A stretch of DNA of 64,000 nucleotides from Elusimicrobiota bacterium (GCA_046153645.1 JBJXGI010000042.1:116947-180946), one strand, 5' to 3'; counted from the first letter of the stretch, positions 52,953 to 62,402 are shown. Program-made: numbers and translations. The notes: generated by a model not told the origin, from the letters alone.

Positions 52953-54035
52953 ATGGACTTCTTTTTTTTCATCGTTTCATGTGCTGGAACTTTTATTTAC
53001 CTCAAGCGGCTTTGGCCTCGAGATGAGAGAGAAGAGAATGATTCCGAACCATTAGAGACATTTCCTCTTATCTCAATTATTATTCCCGCGCGAAATGAAG
53101 AAGGTAACCTTCCGCGTTTATTAGATTCACTTCAAAAACTATCTTATCCCAACAAAGAAATTATTCTCATTGATGATCAATCGACAGATAAAACAGCGGA
53201 AATTGCACGGTCTTATCCCATTAAACTTCTTACAGGCACCCCGTTATCTGAGGGTTGGAACGGGAAAAATTGGGCGTGTCACCAAGCTGTTTTGCAAGCG
53301 CAAGGAGAATATTTTCTCTTTACTGATGCAGATACAGAACATACTGAAAATAGTTTGGAAAAAGCATTGGTAGCTTACCGTCATAAAAAAGCTGATTTAA
53401 TGTCTGCTTTGCCCTATCATAGAAATGAGACCTGGTGGGAAAAAATGATGGGCCCCTTTCATGCCCTTTTGTTAACGGCAACCAATGCCTACCAACCGAG
53501 ATTCCGTCGGTTATATGCAGTAGGGCAATATTTATTTTTTTCAAGGTCATCATATTTTGAGCAAGGGGGTCATGAAGGAGTTAAAGCCCAGTATCCCGAT
53601 GATTTGGCCTTAGCCAATGCCTGTATTAGTACAGGTGGTTTTTTTGCCATCTATACCAAAGAACCCTTATTTAATGTGCGAATGTATCCTGGTTTTAAAC
53701 TGTTTATTCAAGGTTGGAGAAGAAATTTTTTAGCGGGGATGCAGCAGTCAGACTTCTCCGGTACTTTTGATGTGATCATGGTAATTATTGCTCTAACTTC
53801 AGCGGGTCATGCACCTTTTTTCTTTTGGGGTGGTTTTACGGCATTTATTTGTGGCGGATTTTTACTGTGGCGCCAACATAAGTGGGGAAATTTTTCAATT
53901 CTAGGTCCCCTGTTTCCCATTGTTTCTTTGGTGCCCTATGGCATTGTAACACTACTGGCTCTTTCTGATTATTTACGCGGCAACGTCCTTAAATGGAAAG
54001 GAAGATCTTACGTGGGTTGGACCTCTAAAGAATAA
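52953..54035 (+). CDS. Carotenoid glycosyltransferase, GT2 (CrtQ/CruC/CruG-like)
   Basis: IIPARNEE; DDQSTD; GWNGKNWAC; FTDAD; DDLAL; VRMY; GWRRN; WKGR; last gene of the crt operon. Confidence 0.8.
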   Translation: MDFFFFIVSCAGTFIYLKRLWPRDEREENDSEPLETFPLISIIIPARNEEGNLPRLLDSLQKLSYPNKEIILIDDQSTDKTAEIARSYPIKLLTGTPLSEGWNGKNWACHQAVLQAQGEYFLFTDADTEHTENSLEKALVAYRHKKADLMSALPYHRNETWWEKMMGPFHALLLTATNAYQPRFRRLYAVGQYLFFSRSSYFEQGGHEGVKAQYPDDLALANACISTGGFFAIYTKEPLFNVRMYPGFKLFIQGWRRNFLAGMQQSDFSGTFDVIMVIIALTSAGHAPFFFWGGFTAFICGGFLLWRQHKWGNFSILGPLFPIVSLVPYGIVTLLALSDYLRGNVLKWKGRSYVGWTSKE

Positions 54036-54038
54036 TTG

Positions 54039-54476
54039 TTATCGAAGATCTATTTGATAAAGCATCCAATAGATAACAACACCCGTCACCGACACGTACA
54101 TCCAAAAAGGCCAAACCCACCGAGCCAGCTGAGCATGTTTTAAAAAATCATTTCTAATGGCGTGATAAATTGTTTTTAAAATAAAAGGAACAATAAGGGT
54201 TGCTAAAATGGTGTGACTAATAAGAATGGTGAAGTATATTGTTCTTATTATTCCCTGCCCGGCAAATTTGGTACTCCCAAAGTGATAGTGGTAATAGAGA
54301 TAAAAACCTAAAAATAGAACTGAAGTCATAAAGGCCAGGCTCATTGAAATTCGGTGAGCTAAAATATTTTTTTTCTTGATACAAATAAAACCTATTAATA
54401 AAAAAAGGGCACAAATTCCGTTTAAAGTGGCATTGAGAGAAGGAATATGGATTGTGTTAAATAGCAAGTTTTTCAA
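54039..54476 (-). CDS. DUF420 (CtaM/YozB-like) oxidase assembly membrane protein
   Basis: PSLNATLN; HRISM; YFTILISHTILA; WMYVSVTGVVIY. Confidence 0.88.
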   Translation of the reverse strand: MKNLLFNTIHIPSLNATLNGICALFLLIGFICIKKKNILAHRISMSLAFMTSVLFLGFYLYYHYHFGSTKFAGQGIIRTIYFTILISHTILATLIVPFILKTIYHAIRNDFLKHAQLARWVWPFWMYVSVTGVVIYWMLYQIDLR

Positions 54477-55101
54477 CTCTCTTTTTTAGCTCTTTCATTT
54501 GATCTGAATCAGCAGTGTTATAATATCCCAATATTTTTCCTTCACCATTAACGAGAACAAACATGGTGCTATGGAGAATGTCTATTCCGTCTTTGGGAAT
54601 GTCATCTCCTTCAACAAGAAGTTTAAAGCTCGTTTCTACTAAATGATAAATTTTTTCACGGTTCCCTGTTAAAAATAACCACTTTTGTGGATCCGCGTTA
54701 TAAGTTTGAGCATATTTTGTGAGAACTTGCGGTGTGTCAAAATCAGGGTCAACACTCAAAGAAATAAATTGGAGATTTGATTTGTGGAGAAACTCTTTAC
54801 TGAAATCAGACATTTTTTTTGTCATGAGAGGGCATGGGCCCATACACCGAGTAAATACAAAATCAACAATCGAAATTTTTCCTTTTAAATCCTCTTGTGT
54901 TATTTTTTTCCCACTTCTCTCAGTGAACTCGAAATCTCCCACTTTTCCGAAATCAATATCGGGTCTTTGAAGGGTTGATGTGGTGGGATCATATGGTGGT
55001 TCAGGTGGCGAAATATTTTTTTTGTGTTTTATGAGTAGCCCAACAATAACAAAAGCCAAAACCACCATGAGGGTTCGACTTATCATTTTTATGCGGTCCA
55101 T
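54457..55101 (-). CDS. sco: SCO/SenC copper chaperone
   Basis: FVFTRCMGPCP (CxxxC); SVDP.FDTP; WLFLTG; HST. Start taken as ATG 55101. Confidence 0.92.
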   Translation of the reverse strand: MDRIKMISRTLMVVLAFVIVGLLIKHKKNISPPEPPYDPTTSTLQRPDIDFGKVGDFEFTERSGKKITQEDLKGKISIVDFVFTRCMGPCPLMTKKMSDFSKEFLHKSNLQFISLSVDPDFDTPQVLTKYAQTYNADPQKWLFLTGNREKIYHLVETSFKLLVEGDDIPKDGIDILHSTMFVLVNGEGKILGYYNTADSDQMKELKKRVEKLAI

Positions 55102-55102
55102 T

Positions 55103-55897
55103 TTAAGAATCCTTTTGATGCGTGACCCATAGAGAAATTCCATATACAACAATGGAAAAGACAAGAGTCACTTGTAATGAAAAAATAGGAGTGGGAAAGT
55201 TTAAGGAACCCATCTCGATGCCGTTTCCGAGCGCTTTTCTTAAACCCGTTAAACTATAAGAGAGTGGATTTAATTTCATAACAATTTTTAACCAACCCGG
55301 TGCTCCTTCGGCAGGAAACATGGCTCCTGATAAAAACCAAAGTGGCATAAGAAAAAGATTCATAATAGCGTGGAACCCTTGAGTTGAGTCCATCTTCCAA
55401 GCAATAATAAATCCAAGAGCGGTTAATGAGAACGACACAAGAAGCATCATAGCAATCGAATAAAGAATATCTAAGAAGCCGGGTTTAATTCCAATAATAG
55501 GGGCCAAGAATAAAAATAATATTCCTTGTCCCGTGGCCAGGGCCGTTCCCCCTAAAACTTTTCCCATAATAATGGCTCCTCGAGGAGCAGGAGAGACCAG
55601 CACGCTTTGGAGAAAACCTTCTTTTCTATCTTCAATAATAGAAATCGTTGAAAAAATCGAAGTAAAAAGGAGAATTAAAAAAATGGTTCCAGGGAAAAAG
55701 TAATTTAGATAATTTGACGCGCTCATCATTTCCACTGTTTGACTGGTATCCTGAAATGATTTTCCAAGTCCTGATCCAATAAGAATCCAAAATAGAAGAG
55801 GCGTTCCAAGAGCGCCAATAATGCGATTTTTCTGTCGTACAAAACGAACCACTTCTCGTTTAAATAAAGTTAAGGACGCGCTTAAAAATAAATTCAT
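55103..55897 (-). CDS. ABC-2 type transporter permease
   Basis: REVVRF; EDRKEGFLQSVLVSP; FLSGAMFP; LNPLSY. Start taken as ATG 55897. Confidence 0.9.
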   Translation of the reverse strand: MNLFLSASLTLFKREVVRFVRQKNRIIGALGTPLLFWILIGSGLGKSFQDTSQTVEMMSASNYLNYFFPGTIFLILLFTSIFSTISIIEDRKEGFLQSVLVSPAPRGAIIMGKVLGGTALATGQGILFLFLAPIIGIKPGFLDILYSIAMMLLVSFSLTALGFIIAWKMDSTQGFHAIMNLFLMPLWFLSGAMFPAEGAPGWLKIVMKLNPLSYSLTGLRKALGNGIEMGSLNFPTPIFSLQVTLVFSIVVYGISLWVTHQKDS

Positions 55898-55898
55898 A

Positions 55899-56849
55899 TT
55901 AAATTTCCTTTTCTTGTTGATGAAAAGTATGTCCCGTTTCTTTAACAAACACATCTTCAAGTGTTGGTTTTCCAACAGATATAGCTGCAATCATTCCTGG
56001 AAAAGCTTCCACGAGAGTGGGAACAAATTTATGCCCCTCTTGGATTTCAATGCGAAAAACGCCATCAACAACCGATGATTTAACAGGAAATTTTTGATTT
56101 ACTTCTTTCGCTAATTTTTGAGGGTCGGCTGTTTGCACTGTAATGATATCGGCTCCAATTTTGTTTTTTAGCTCGAGTGGTGTCCCTTGGGTGATACACC
56201 GGCCTTTATTTAAAATAAGAAGCTCGTCGCACTTTTCAGCCTCTTCCATCAGATGAGTGGTCACTAAAATTGTGACGCCTTTATTTTTTAAGCTTAACAA
56301 GAGTTCCCATAAATCATGTCGAGCTCCTGGGTCTAAGCCTGTGCTTGGCTCATCTAAAAGCAATAACGAGGGATTATGAAGAAGGCCTTTAGCAATTTCT
56401 ACTCTTCTTTGTAAGCCGCCCGATAATGTTTCAACAAAGTCCTCACGGCGATCGCGTAGAGAAAATTGTGTTAAGAGTTGATCGCTTTTTCGACGGATGG
56501 TTTCATGATTAAGTCCATAAAGACGACCTTGATGAATAATGTTTTCAATGACGGTTAATTTTTTATCCAAGCTTGGTGATTGAAACACAACGCCAATTTT
56601 TTTTCTTATTTCATCTGATTGAGAAGAAAGGTCTAACCCAAATATGAGAGCATTGCCTGAAGTTGGTTTGAGTGCTGTTGATAAAATTTTAAATAAAGTT
56701 GTTTTTCCGCCACCATTGGGTCCCACCAGTCCAAAAATAGATCCTTCTTTTACTTGGAAATGTATTTGATTGAGCGCTTGTTGATCTGATTTTGAGCGTT
56801 TTCCTTTATAGGTGTGAGAAAGATTTTTAACATCAATAGCAGTCATCAT
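55899..56849 (-). CDS. ABC-2 type transporter ATPase
   Basis: GPNGGGKTT; LSGGLQRR; LDEPSTGLDP; TTH; PTLEDVF. Confidence 0.94.
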   Translation of the reverse strand: MMTAIDVKNLSHTYKGKRSKSDQQALNQIHFQVKEGSIFGLVGPNGGGKTTLFKILSTALKPTSGNALIFGLDLSSQSDEIRKKIGVVFQSPSLDKKLTVIENIIHQGRLYGLNHETIRRKSDQLLTQFSLRDRREDFVETLSGGLQRRVEIAKGLLHNPSLLLLDEPSTGLDPGARHDLWELLLSLKNKGVTILVTTHLMEEAEKCDELLILNKGRCITQGTPLELKNKIGADIITVQTADPQKLAKEVNQKFPVKSSVVDGVFRIEIQEGHKFVPTLVEAFPGMIAAISVGKPTLEDVFVKETGHTFHQQEKEI

Positions 56850-58606
56850 TAAAAACCCACCTTTAATTGCGGCCAGCGATTCAATACCAGTACCAACATT
56901 AATACAGGAACATACAGAAGCGAAAAAAGAAAAAGTTTTTTTGCGTAAATATTTGAATTGGTTTGGAAAAATTGATAACTATAAATAAGGAGAGGCAGAG
57001 TTAAGAAAATAGCCGTTCCCAAATAAATGAGCCCTGCCATTTTCAAAAAATAAGGTAAACAACTCGCCGCTAATAATAAAATTGTGTTCAATAATGCTGT
57101 TCCTGATGTGGATTTCTCGTTGGGGAAAAAATCGGGAAGCATGTGATATCCTGCTCCTCCATAGTCTTCTTTATAAAGCCACGCTAGAGAAAGAAAGTGG
57201 GGAAATTGCCAGAAAAATATGATTCCAAAAAGATTCCATGCTTCAATGCCAATGGTATTGGTGGCTGCCGCCCAGCCCATCATGGGAGGGAGCGCGCCTG
57301 AAACAGCCCCTACAGTTACACAAACAGCGGAAATTTTTTTAAGAGGCGTATAAATGTATAAATAAATACTTAATGTGAGTGCCGCTAAAAAAGCAGTTAA
57401 ATAATTGATAGATCCAGCTAAGTAAATAATTCCTACAAGAGAACACAATCCGCCAAAAATGAGAACTTCCCAGGGCCGCAATCGACCGGAGGGTAAAGGT
57501 CGTTCCTGTGTACGTTTCATTTGGGCATCACTTTTCATTTCAATGAGCATGTTGAGGGCTCCAGCGCCGGCTGCAACCAGTAATGTGCCAAGGCTCGTAT
57601 GAATTAATTTAATCCAATCAAAATGATCGCGACTTCCAAGAATATATCCACCAAGAGCGGTGATACCCGCCATAAAACTAATGCCTGGTTTTGTGAGTGT
57701 AACGTAGTCTTTCAATATGGTTTGAAGCGGTGGGCTTTGAAGAGGCCTGGTTTTATAAGCAACCAAAGCTTGAATGACTGTTCCACTTAAGAAAAAAGCA
57801 CCTATGACGACATGAGTTGATACCAAAATATAAGACCATAAAGGTCCTGGAATTGTTTCAAATGTGTGGTTGATAATAAAATAAGTGCAAATACCAAGGC
57901 TTATTTGAACCAACAAAAGAAGGGATAATCCTAAACTTAATCGAAATAATTTTTTTCGCTCCGGATGAAATTGAAAAATTCGTTTAGTAACCCAAAATGT
58001 AAGACTCGCCACTAAAACAGCGCCAAAAATATGAAAAGGTAAATTTTCCCCCGTATGACGAGTGAGCGCACCTAAAAATAGTTGAATAAAGGAAGCAAAA
58101 AATAAAATAAGTGTCAGTCGATGGAGCGGGACATATTGTGCTGATTCTGTTCTGATGATGGGTTCTTTATTCCAAAATGAAGAAGTCCAAATAAACAAGC
58201 AAACCACGAGACAAAAAAAAGTTTGAGCCAAGATGGCATGACCCATTGAAATTGGTTTTGGTAGAAGAAATAAAACGGTGAGACCACCCAGAACTCCTTG
58301 GAGAATAACAAGAGCCAATGCTGCCCAGGCCATTTTCTTCAACCATTTTCTCTCTTCTTTCATTTGAAAAAAAACAGCAAGGATAATTGTAATAAACCCA
58401 ACTAAAGTGGCAATCATTCTATGGCCATGTTCATAAAAAATTCCACCGATCATGGGTGGCATAACCTGCCCATAGGAAAGTGGCCAATCAGGTACAGATA
58501 AAGATGAACCTGTACTTTTCACCATTCCTCCAGCAAATATCAGAAGGCCTGTGAAACAAACCAAGACCAATGAAAGGCGATTAAGCCAAGGATTGATTGT
58601 CTTCAT
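56849..58606 (-). CDS. ctaA-ctaB: Fused heme A synthase / heme O synthase
   Basis: N-terminal half: PDWP, EHGHR, MGHA, PFH, STH. C-terminal half: LTKPG, DAQMKRT..RPLPSGR, YTPLKK, GALPPMMG, WQFPHF, EDY. Confidence 0.9.
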   Translation of the reverse strand: MKTINPWLNRLSLVLVCFTGLLIFAGGMVKSTGSSLSVPDWPLSYGQVMPPMIGGIFYEHGHRMIATLVGFITIILAVFFQMKEERKWLKKMAWAALALVILQGVLGGLTVLFLLPKPISMGHAILAQTFFCLVVCLFIWTSSFWNKEPIIRTESAQYVPLHRLTLILFFASFIQLFLGALTRHTGENLPFHIFGAVLVASLTFWVTKRIFQFHPERKKLFRLSLGLSLLLLVQISLGICTYFIINHTFETIPGPLWSYILVSTHVVIGAFFLSGTVIQALVAYKTRPLQSPPLQTILKDYVTLTKPGISFMAGITALGGYILGSRDHFDWIKLIHTSLGTLLVAAGAGALNMLIEMKSDAQMKRTQERPLPSGRLRPWEVLIFGGLCSLVGIIYLAGSINYLTAFLAALTLSIYLYIYTPLKKISAVCVTVGAVSGALPPMMGWAAATNTIGIEAWNLFGIIFFWQFPHFLSLAWLYKEDYGGAGYHMLPDFFPNEKSTSGTALLNTILLLAASCLPYFLKMAGLIYLGTAIFLTLPLLIYSYQFFQTNSNIYAKKLFLFSLLYVPVLMLVLVLNRWPQLKVGF

Positions 58607-58808
58607 TTGATTTTCGTTTGCTGGCTCGAATGATCCAAGTTGTTAAGCCAAGAATGAGAGAGAAAAGGAGGGCTAATAAAACAACAACTCCCCAAAAAAA
58701 ACCGCGTGTCATATTGGAGTTATCACCTCCAAAACAAACCGCGCAAGCAGAGGCTGATTTAATGAGGAATAAAGAGAGACTAAAAAAAACAAATTTCATA
58801 TAGGACAT
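58581..58808 (-). CDS. Small membrane protein with a CxxC (ACAVCFG) motif
   Basis: Signal-like segment ending ASA, then CAVCFG, one TM and a basic tail. Start is ATG 58808 or 58799. Confidence 0.7.
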   Translation of the reverse strand: MSYMKFVFFSLSLFLIKSASACAVCFGGDNSNMTRGFFWGVVVLLALLFSLILGLTTWIIRASKRKSNEDNQSLA

Positions 58809-58825
58809 AAATTTAAAATCCGAAT

Positions 58826-58903
58826 TGTCACCCCCGAAATTTTCTATCGGGGGTCTAAAGTTAGTTAAATTTAGATCCCGCACAGAAGATTTGCGGGATG
58901 ACG
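58826..58903. repeat. CGTC-type composite palindromic repeat, copy 2
   Basis: gtcacccccga-aattttcta-tcgggggtct...agatcccgca-cagaagatt-tgcgggatgacg. The first hairpin is nearly identical to copy 1 at 34866. Confidence 0.8.
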
Positions 58904-58943
58904 GTTATTTTGATGATAGTGCAAGAGGCTAAAGAGAAGTTGT

Positions 58944-59222
58944 TTATTGTAAACCGATGTCTGGTAAAATCGCTAAAACCAAAATAGCCACAAAAAATAA
59001 TGCCGATAAAAGGATGAAGGTAAGGCTTCGGCTGTCAAATTTGAGATGCATGAAGAATGCGGCAATCAGCGCGCATTTGGTTAATGCAATAAGAACGGCG
59101 AGCGCGATTCCCACGTGATGAGGTAATCCCAAATAAGACAAAAGCACTGTGGCTCCTGTTAAAATAGCAAGCCCCACAAAAACAAGCAAATATCTCTTTG
59201 TTGATGATGAACCGTGTTCCAT
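58944..59222 (-). CDS. ctaF: Heme-copper oxidase subunit IV
   Basis: Y..VF..L..LT; K..LIAAFFMHLKFD; 3 TMs. Confidence 0.88.
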   Translation of the reverse strand: MEHGSSSTKRYLLVFVGLAILTGATVLLSYLGLPHHVGIALAVLIALTKCALIAAFFMHLKFDSRSLTFILLSALFFVAILVLAILPDIGLQ

Positions 59223-59229
59223 AATTAAT

Positions 59230-59808
59230 TTACACCAAATAAAAGAGAGGAAATAAAATAACCCAGACTAAATCGACAAAATGCCAATAGAGTCCACAGT
59301 ATTCAACTCTTTCCCATCTTTGATCAGAATATTTTCCGCGTAATCCATTTATGAGGATATACAAATTAAACACAAGACCACCAAGCATATGCAACCCATG
59401 AAGCCCTGTCATGGTGTAGTAAAAAGACCCAAAAAGACTGCTGGTGATGGTAATGCCTTCATGAATTTTATGGTGATACTCAAAACCCTTAATAACGAGA
59501 AAACAAATCCCCAATAAAGAAGTTAAAGAAAGAAATCCTAAAAATCTTTTAACTTTGTTGGCTTGAATAGCGGCCAAAGCAAAAACCATCGTGACACTAC
59601 TGCAGATCAAAACAAAAGTATTTAAAGTCGCTAACGGTTTTCCTAAGAGTTCTGCAGGTGGGCGTCCAAAATTAGAGCTTCCCATGTGCAAAACAATATA
59701 AGAACTAATAAGAGCTCCGAAGAGCATCACCTCAGAAGCCAAAAAGACCCACATTCCTAATTTTCCACTGGGAATACCCGTGGCGTTTCTTTCCATCATT
59801 GTTTCCAT
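59230..59808 (-). CDS. ctaE: Heme-copper oxidase subunit III (short form)
   Basis: GMWVFLASEVMLF; NTFVLICSSVT; TGLHGLH; YWHFVDLVW. Confidence 0.94.
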   Translation of the reverse strand: METMMERNATGIPSGKLGMWVFLASEVMLFGALISSYIVLHMGSSNFGRPPAELLGKPLATLNTFVLICSSVTMVFALAAIQANKVKRFLGFLSLTSLLGICFLVIKGFEYHHKIHEGITITSSLFGSFYYTMTGLHGLHMLGGLVFNLYILINGLRGKYSDQRWERVEYCGLYWHFVDLVWVILFPLFYLV

Positions 59809-59816
59809 GTCTTCCT

Positions 59817-61550
59817 CTATTTTAGTTCCGATTCTGGTTTATCTTGCGGCCACCAATCTTGTTTTTGGTTGGGGACACTATATTCATAGGGATCACAATA
59901 AACCACAGGTTCTTTAACAAAATTGCCGTGAGGGGGAGGTGAAGGGCAAGCCCATTCTAAGGTGGTTGCTTGCCACGGGTTTTCTTCAGATTTTTTACCT
60001 TTAAAAATGCTCACAAAAATATTGATAAGAAATGGGAATTGAAATAAAAGCAGAAGCATAGCCGAAGTAAATTGCATGGGGCTTAATGTTTGTGTTGTTA
60101 AGTTGTGGGCTTGGGCGGTTGGATCGTAAAGTCGCCGTTGCATACCGGCCATACCCTGAATAAACATGGGAAAGAATATGCCATTCATGAAAATAATGGT
60201 TCCCCAAAAGTGAACTTTTCCCCAAAATTGATTCATTTGACGGCCAAACATTTTTGGAAACCAATAATAAATTCCGCCCATAAGAGCAATTAAAGTCCCC
60301 GTGACAACCACATAATGGAAATGCCCAATAACATAATAAGTGTCATGTAGATAAATGTCGGTGGGTAAAAAACCAAGGGGTAACCCTGTAAGCCCACCAA
60401 TGCCAAACATCGGTAAGAAGGCAAGAGCAAACAACATAGGAACCGTAAAACGAATAGAAGCTCCCCAAAGACTAAATAAAAGGCAACTTAAAATAGCTAC
60501 CGAGGGAATGGAAATAATCATGGTTGTCGTCATGAAAATAGTGCTGAGTGATGTTTTCATGCCTGACAAAAACATGTGATGAGCCCAAACTAAGAATGAC
60601 AATAGTCCTAAAAAGAGAATGGAACCCACCAGCGTTTTATAACCATAAAGTGGTTTGCGCGTATTGTTGGCAATAATTTCAGCCACCACACCCATCGCAG
60701 GAAGAATTAAAACATAAACTTCGGGGTGTGCTAAAAACCAAAATAAATGTTGATAGAGAAGCGCACTGCCGCCTCCGACACGATCTAAGATTTGCCCGTT
60801 AATAACAAGCCCGGCAGGAAGGTAAAAACTTGTTCCAGCAACCCGGTCTAATAGTTGGAGAATAGCACCCGATTGCAAGACAGGAAATGCGAATAAAAGA
60901 AGGATGGCTGTAATAAATTGGGCCCAAACAAAAATAGGAAGCTTCATCCAAGTTAACCCTTTGGCTCTGAGGTTTACTGTTGTAACAATAAAGTTAATGC
61001 TTCCAAACAAAGACGAAGTGATCAGAAAAGTCATGGCAATCAGCCAAACAGTTTGCCCCGCCGGCATGATAACGGAAAGTGGAGGGTAAGAAGTCCACCC
61101 TGATTGAGCGGCACCCCCTGGCATAAAAAAACTTGAAAGCATAACAATGCCGCCTAGAAAATAAGTCCAATAGCTCATGGCATTTAATTTAGGGAAAGCC
61201 ATATCTCCAGCGCCAATTTGAAGGGGAAGAAGGTAATTGCCATAAAAACCAACGCCCAAAGGAACAATACCAAGGAAAATCATAATGGTTCCATGCATAG
61301 CGCCGAGTTGATTGTAAAATTCAGGCAACATAATGCCACCCGGAGCAAAGCTATCACCAAAAAATCCGCCGATGAAAGGCATGGGTTTGCCAGGATAAGC
61401 CAATTGCCATCTCATTAAAATGACAAACAAAAAACCTAATAAAAGAAAAATAATAGAAGTAAATAGGTATTGAAGCCCTATGACTTTATGATCAAGTGAG
61501 AATATATATTTGCGCACGAAACCTAGTTCGTGATGATCGTTTTGACTCAT
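59817..61550 (-). CDS. ctaD: Heme-copper oxidase subunit I, A1 type
   Basis: DHKVIG; MHGT; GWTSYPPL; FWFLAHPEVY; WAHH; HDTYYVIGHFHY; GMQRR. Start taken as ATG 61550. Confidence 0.97.
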   Translation of the reverse strand: MSQNDHHELGFVRKYIFSLDHKVIGLQYLFTSIIFLLLGFLFVILMRWQLAYPGKPMPFIGGFFGDSFAPGGIMLPEFYNQLGAMHGTIMIFLGIVPLGVGFYGNYLLPLQIGAGDMAFPKLNAMSYWTYFLGGIVMLSSFFMPGGAAQSGWTSYPPLSVIMPAGQTVWLIAMTFLITSSLFGSINFIVTTVNLRAKGLTWMKLPIFVWAQFITAILLLFAFPVLQSGAILQLLDRVAGTSFYLPAGLVINGQILDRVGGGSALLYQHLFWFLAHPEVYVLILPAMGVVAEIIANNTRKPLYGYKTLVGSILFLGLLSFLVWAHHMFLSGMKTSLSTIFMTTTMIISIPSVAILSCLLFSLWGASIRFTVPMLFALAFLPMFGIGGLTGLPLGFLPTDIYLHDTYYVIGHFHYVVVTGTLIALMGGIYYWFPKMFGRQMNQFWGKVHFWGTIIFMNGIFFPMFIQGMAGMQRRLYDPTAQAHNLTTQTLSPMQFTSAMLLLLFQFPFLINIFVSIFKGKKSEENPWQATTLEWACPSPPPHGNFVKEPVVYCDPYEYSVPNQKQDWWPQDKPESELK

Positions 61551-61569
61551 AATCTTATCCTCTTCGTTT

Positions 61570-62337
61570 TTATTCGGCAGAAGCCAATTTGGCTTGAATT
61601 TGTTCCATTTTCCACTTTTCAAAATCTTCTGGAGAATGAACAATCACGGTTCCTTTCATTCGATAATGTCCGAGGCCGCACAATTGAGCGCAGCCAATTT
61701 CAAAGGCCCCTGTTTTAATGGGTTTAAACCAAAGTGGAATTCGCATGCCAGGAACAGTATCTTGTTTGACGCGAAATTCTGGAACAAAAAAACTATGGAT
61801 AACATCTTTCGATGTCATATAAATAATTGTGGGTTTATCGATGGGAACATGAAGCTCATTTGTAAGAACAAAGTCATCTTGAGATAAAGGGTCTGTGTCA
61901 TCTAATCCAATTAAATTTCCAGAGCTGATGAGTTTGATGTCTTTTTTTCCAAATAAATTGTCAGTTCCCGGATAGTGAAAGCTCCAAGCAAATTGCTCGG
62001 CCACCATTTCAACAACATGAGATTGATTGGCGATGGGAAAATCTTCTTTTACTTTAGACCATATTGGTAAACCAAGAGCAAAAACCAACCAAAGTTCAAA
62101 AGCCAAAACCATGAAATCTGGTAGAAACGAAATCATTCCGCCTTTAGCCGCCGCATGGTTGGCAGAGGGGTTAGCGCCTTTTCGATACTTAAATAAGCAG
62201 AATGTAAAAAAAATTCCCCACAAAACAAAAATAATTAACATTCCAATATGGAGAATATGAAGGGATTTATCAATTTCAGCGGCGTAACTAGAAGCTGCGA
62301 TGGGTAATCCAAAAGTGTAGTTGCTTTGCTCGATCAT
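61570..62337 (-). CDS. ctaC: Heme-copper oxidase subunit II (CuA; no fused cytochrome c)
   Basis: Two TMs; QFAW; DVIHSF; CAQLCGLGHYRM CuA motif; no CxxCH. Confidence 0.94.
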   Translation of the reverse strand: MIEQSNYTFGLPIAASSYAAEIDKSLHILHIGMLIIFVLWGIFFTFCLFKYRKGANPSANHAAAKGGMISFLPDFMVLAFELWLVFALGLPIWSKVKEDFPIANQSHVVEMVAEQFAWSFHYPGTDNLFGKKDIKLISSGNLIGLDDTDPLSQDDFVLTNELHVPIDKPTIIYMTSKDVIHSFFVPEFRVKQDTVPGMRIPLWFKPIKTGAFEIGCAQLCGLGHYRMKGTVIVHSPEDFEKWKMEQIQAKLASAE

Positions 62338-62355
62338 GATTTCATTTTATGTCTT

Positions 62356-62402
62356 AAAAAAAGAAATGCCCCCTCACTCAAAATAAAGAGCGAGGAGGCA
62401 TT
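62356..62402 (-). terminator. Hairpin plus U-tract between the cupredoxin gene and ctaC
   Basis: Minus-strand RNA AAUGCCUCCUCGCUC-UUUAUUUU-GAGUGAGGGGGCAUU-UCUUUUUUU; 15-bp stem with two G-U pairs. Confidence 0.82.

Noticed and set aside
58809..58883. N-terminal extension of the small CxxC ORF to 58883
   Set aside because: The extension runs through the palindromic repeat; the downstream ATGs give a coherent signal peptide.
61655..61695. Gln instead of Glu in the CuA motif (CAQLCG)
   Set aside because: This residue ligates CuA through its backbone carbonyl and Gln variants are known; it is not evidence of inactivation.
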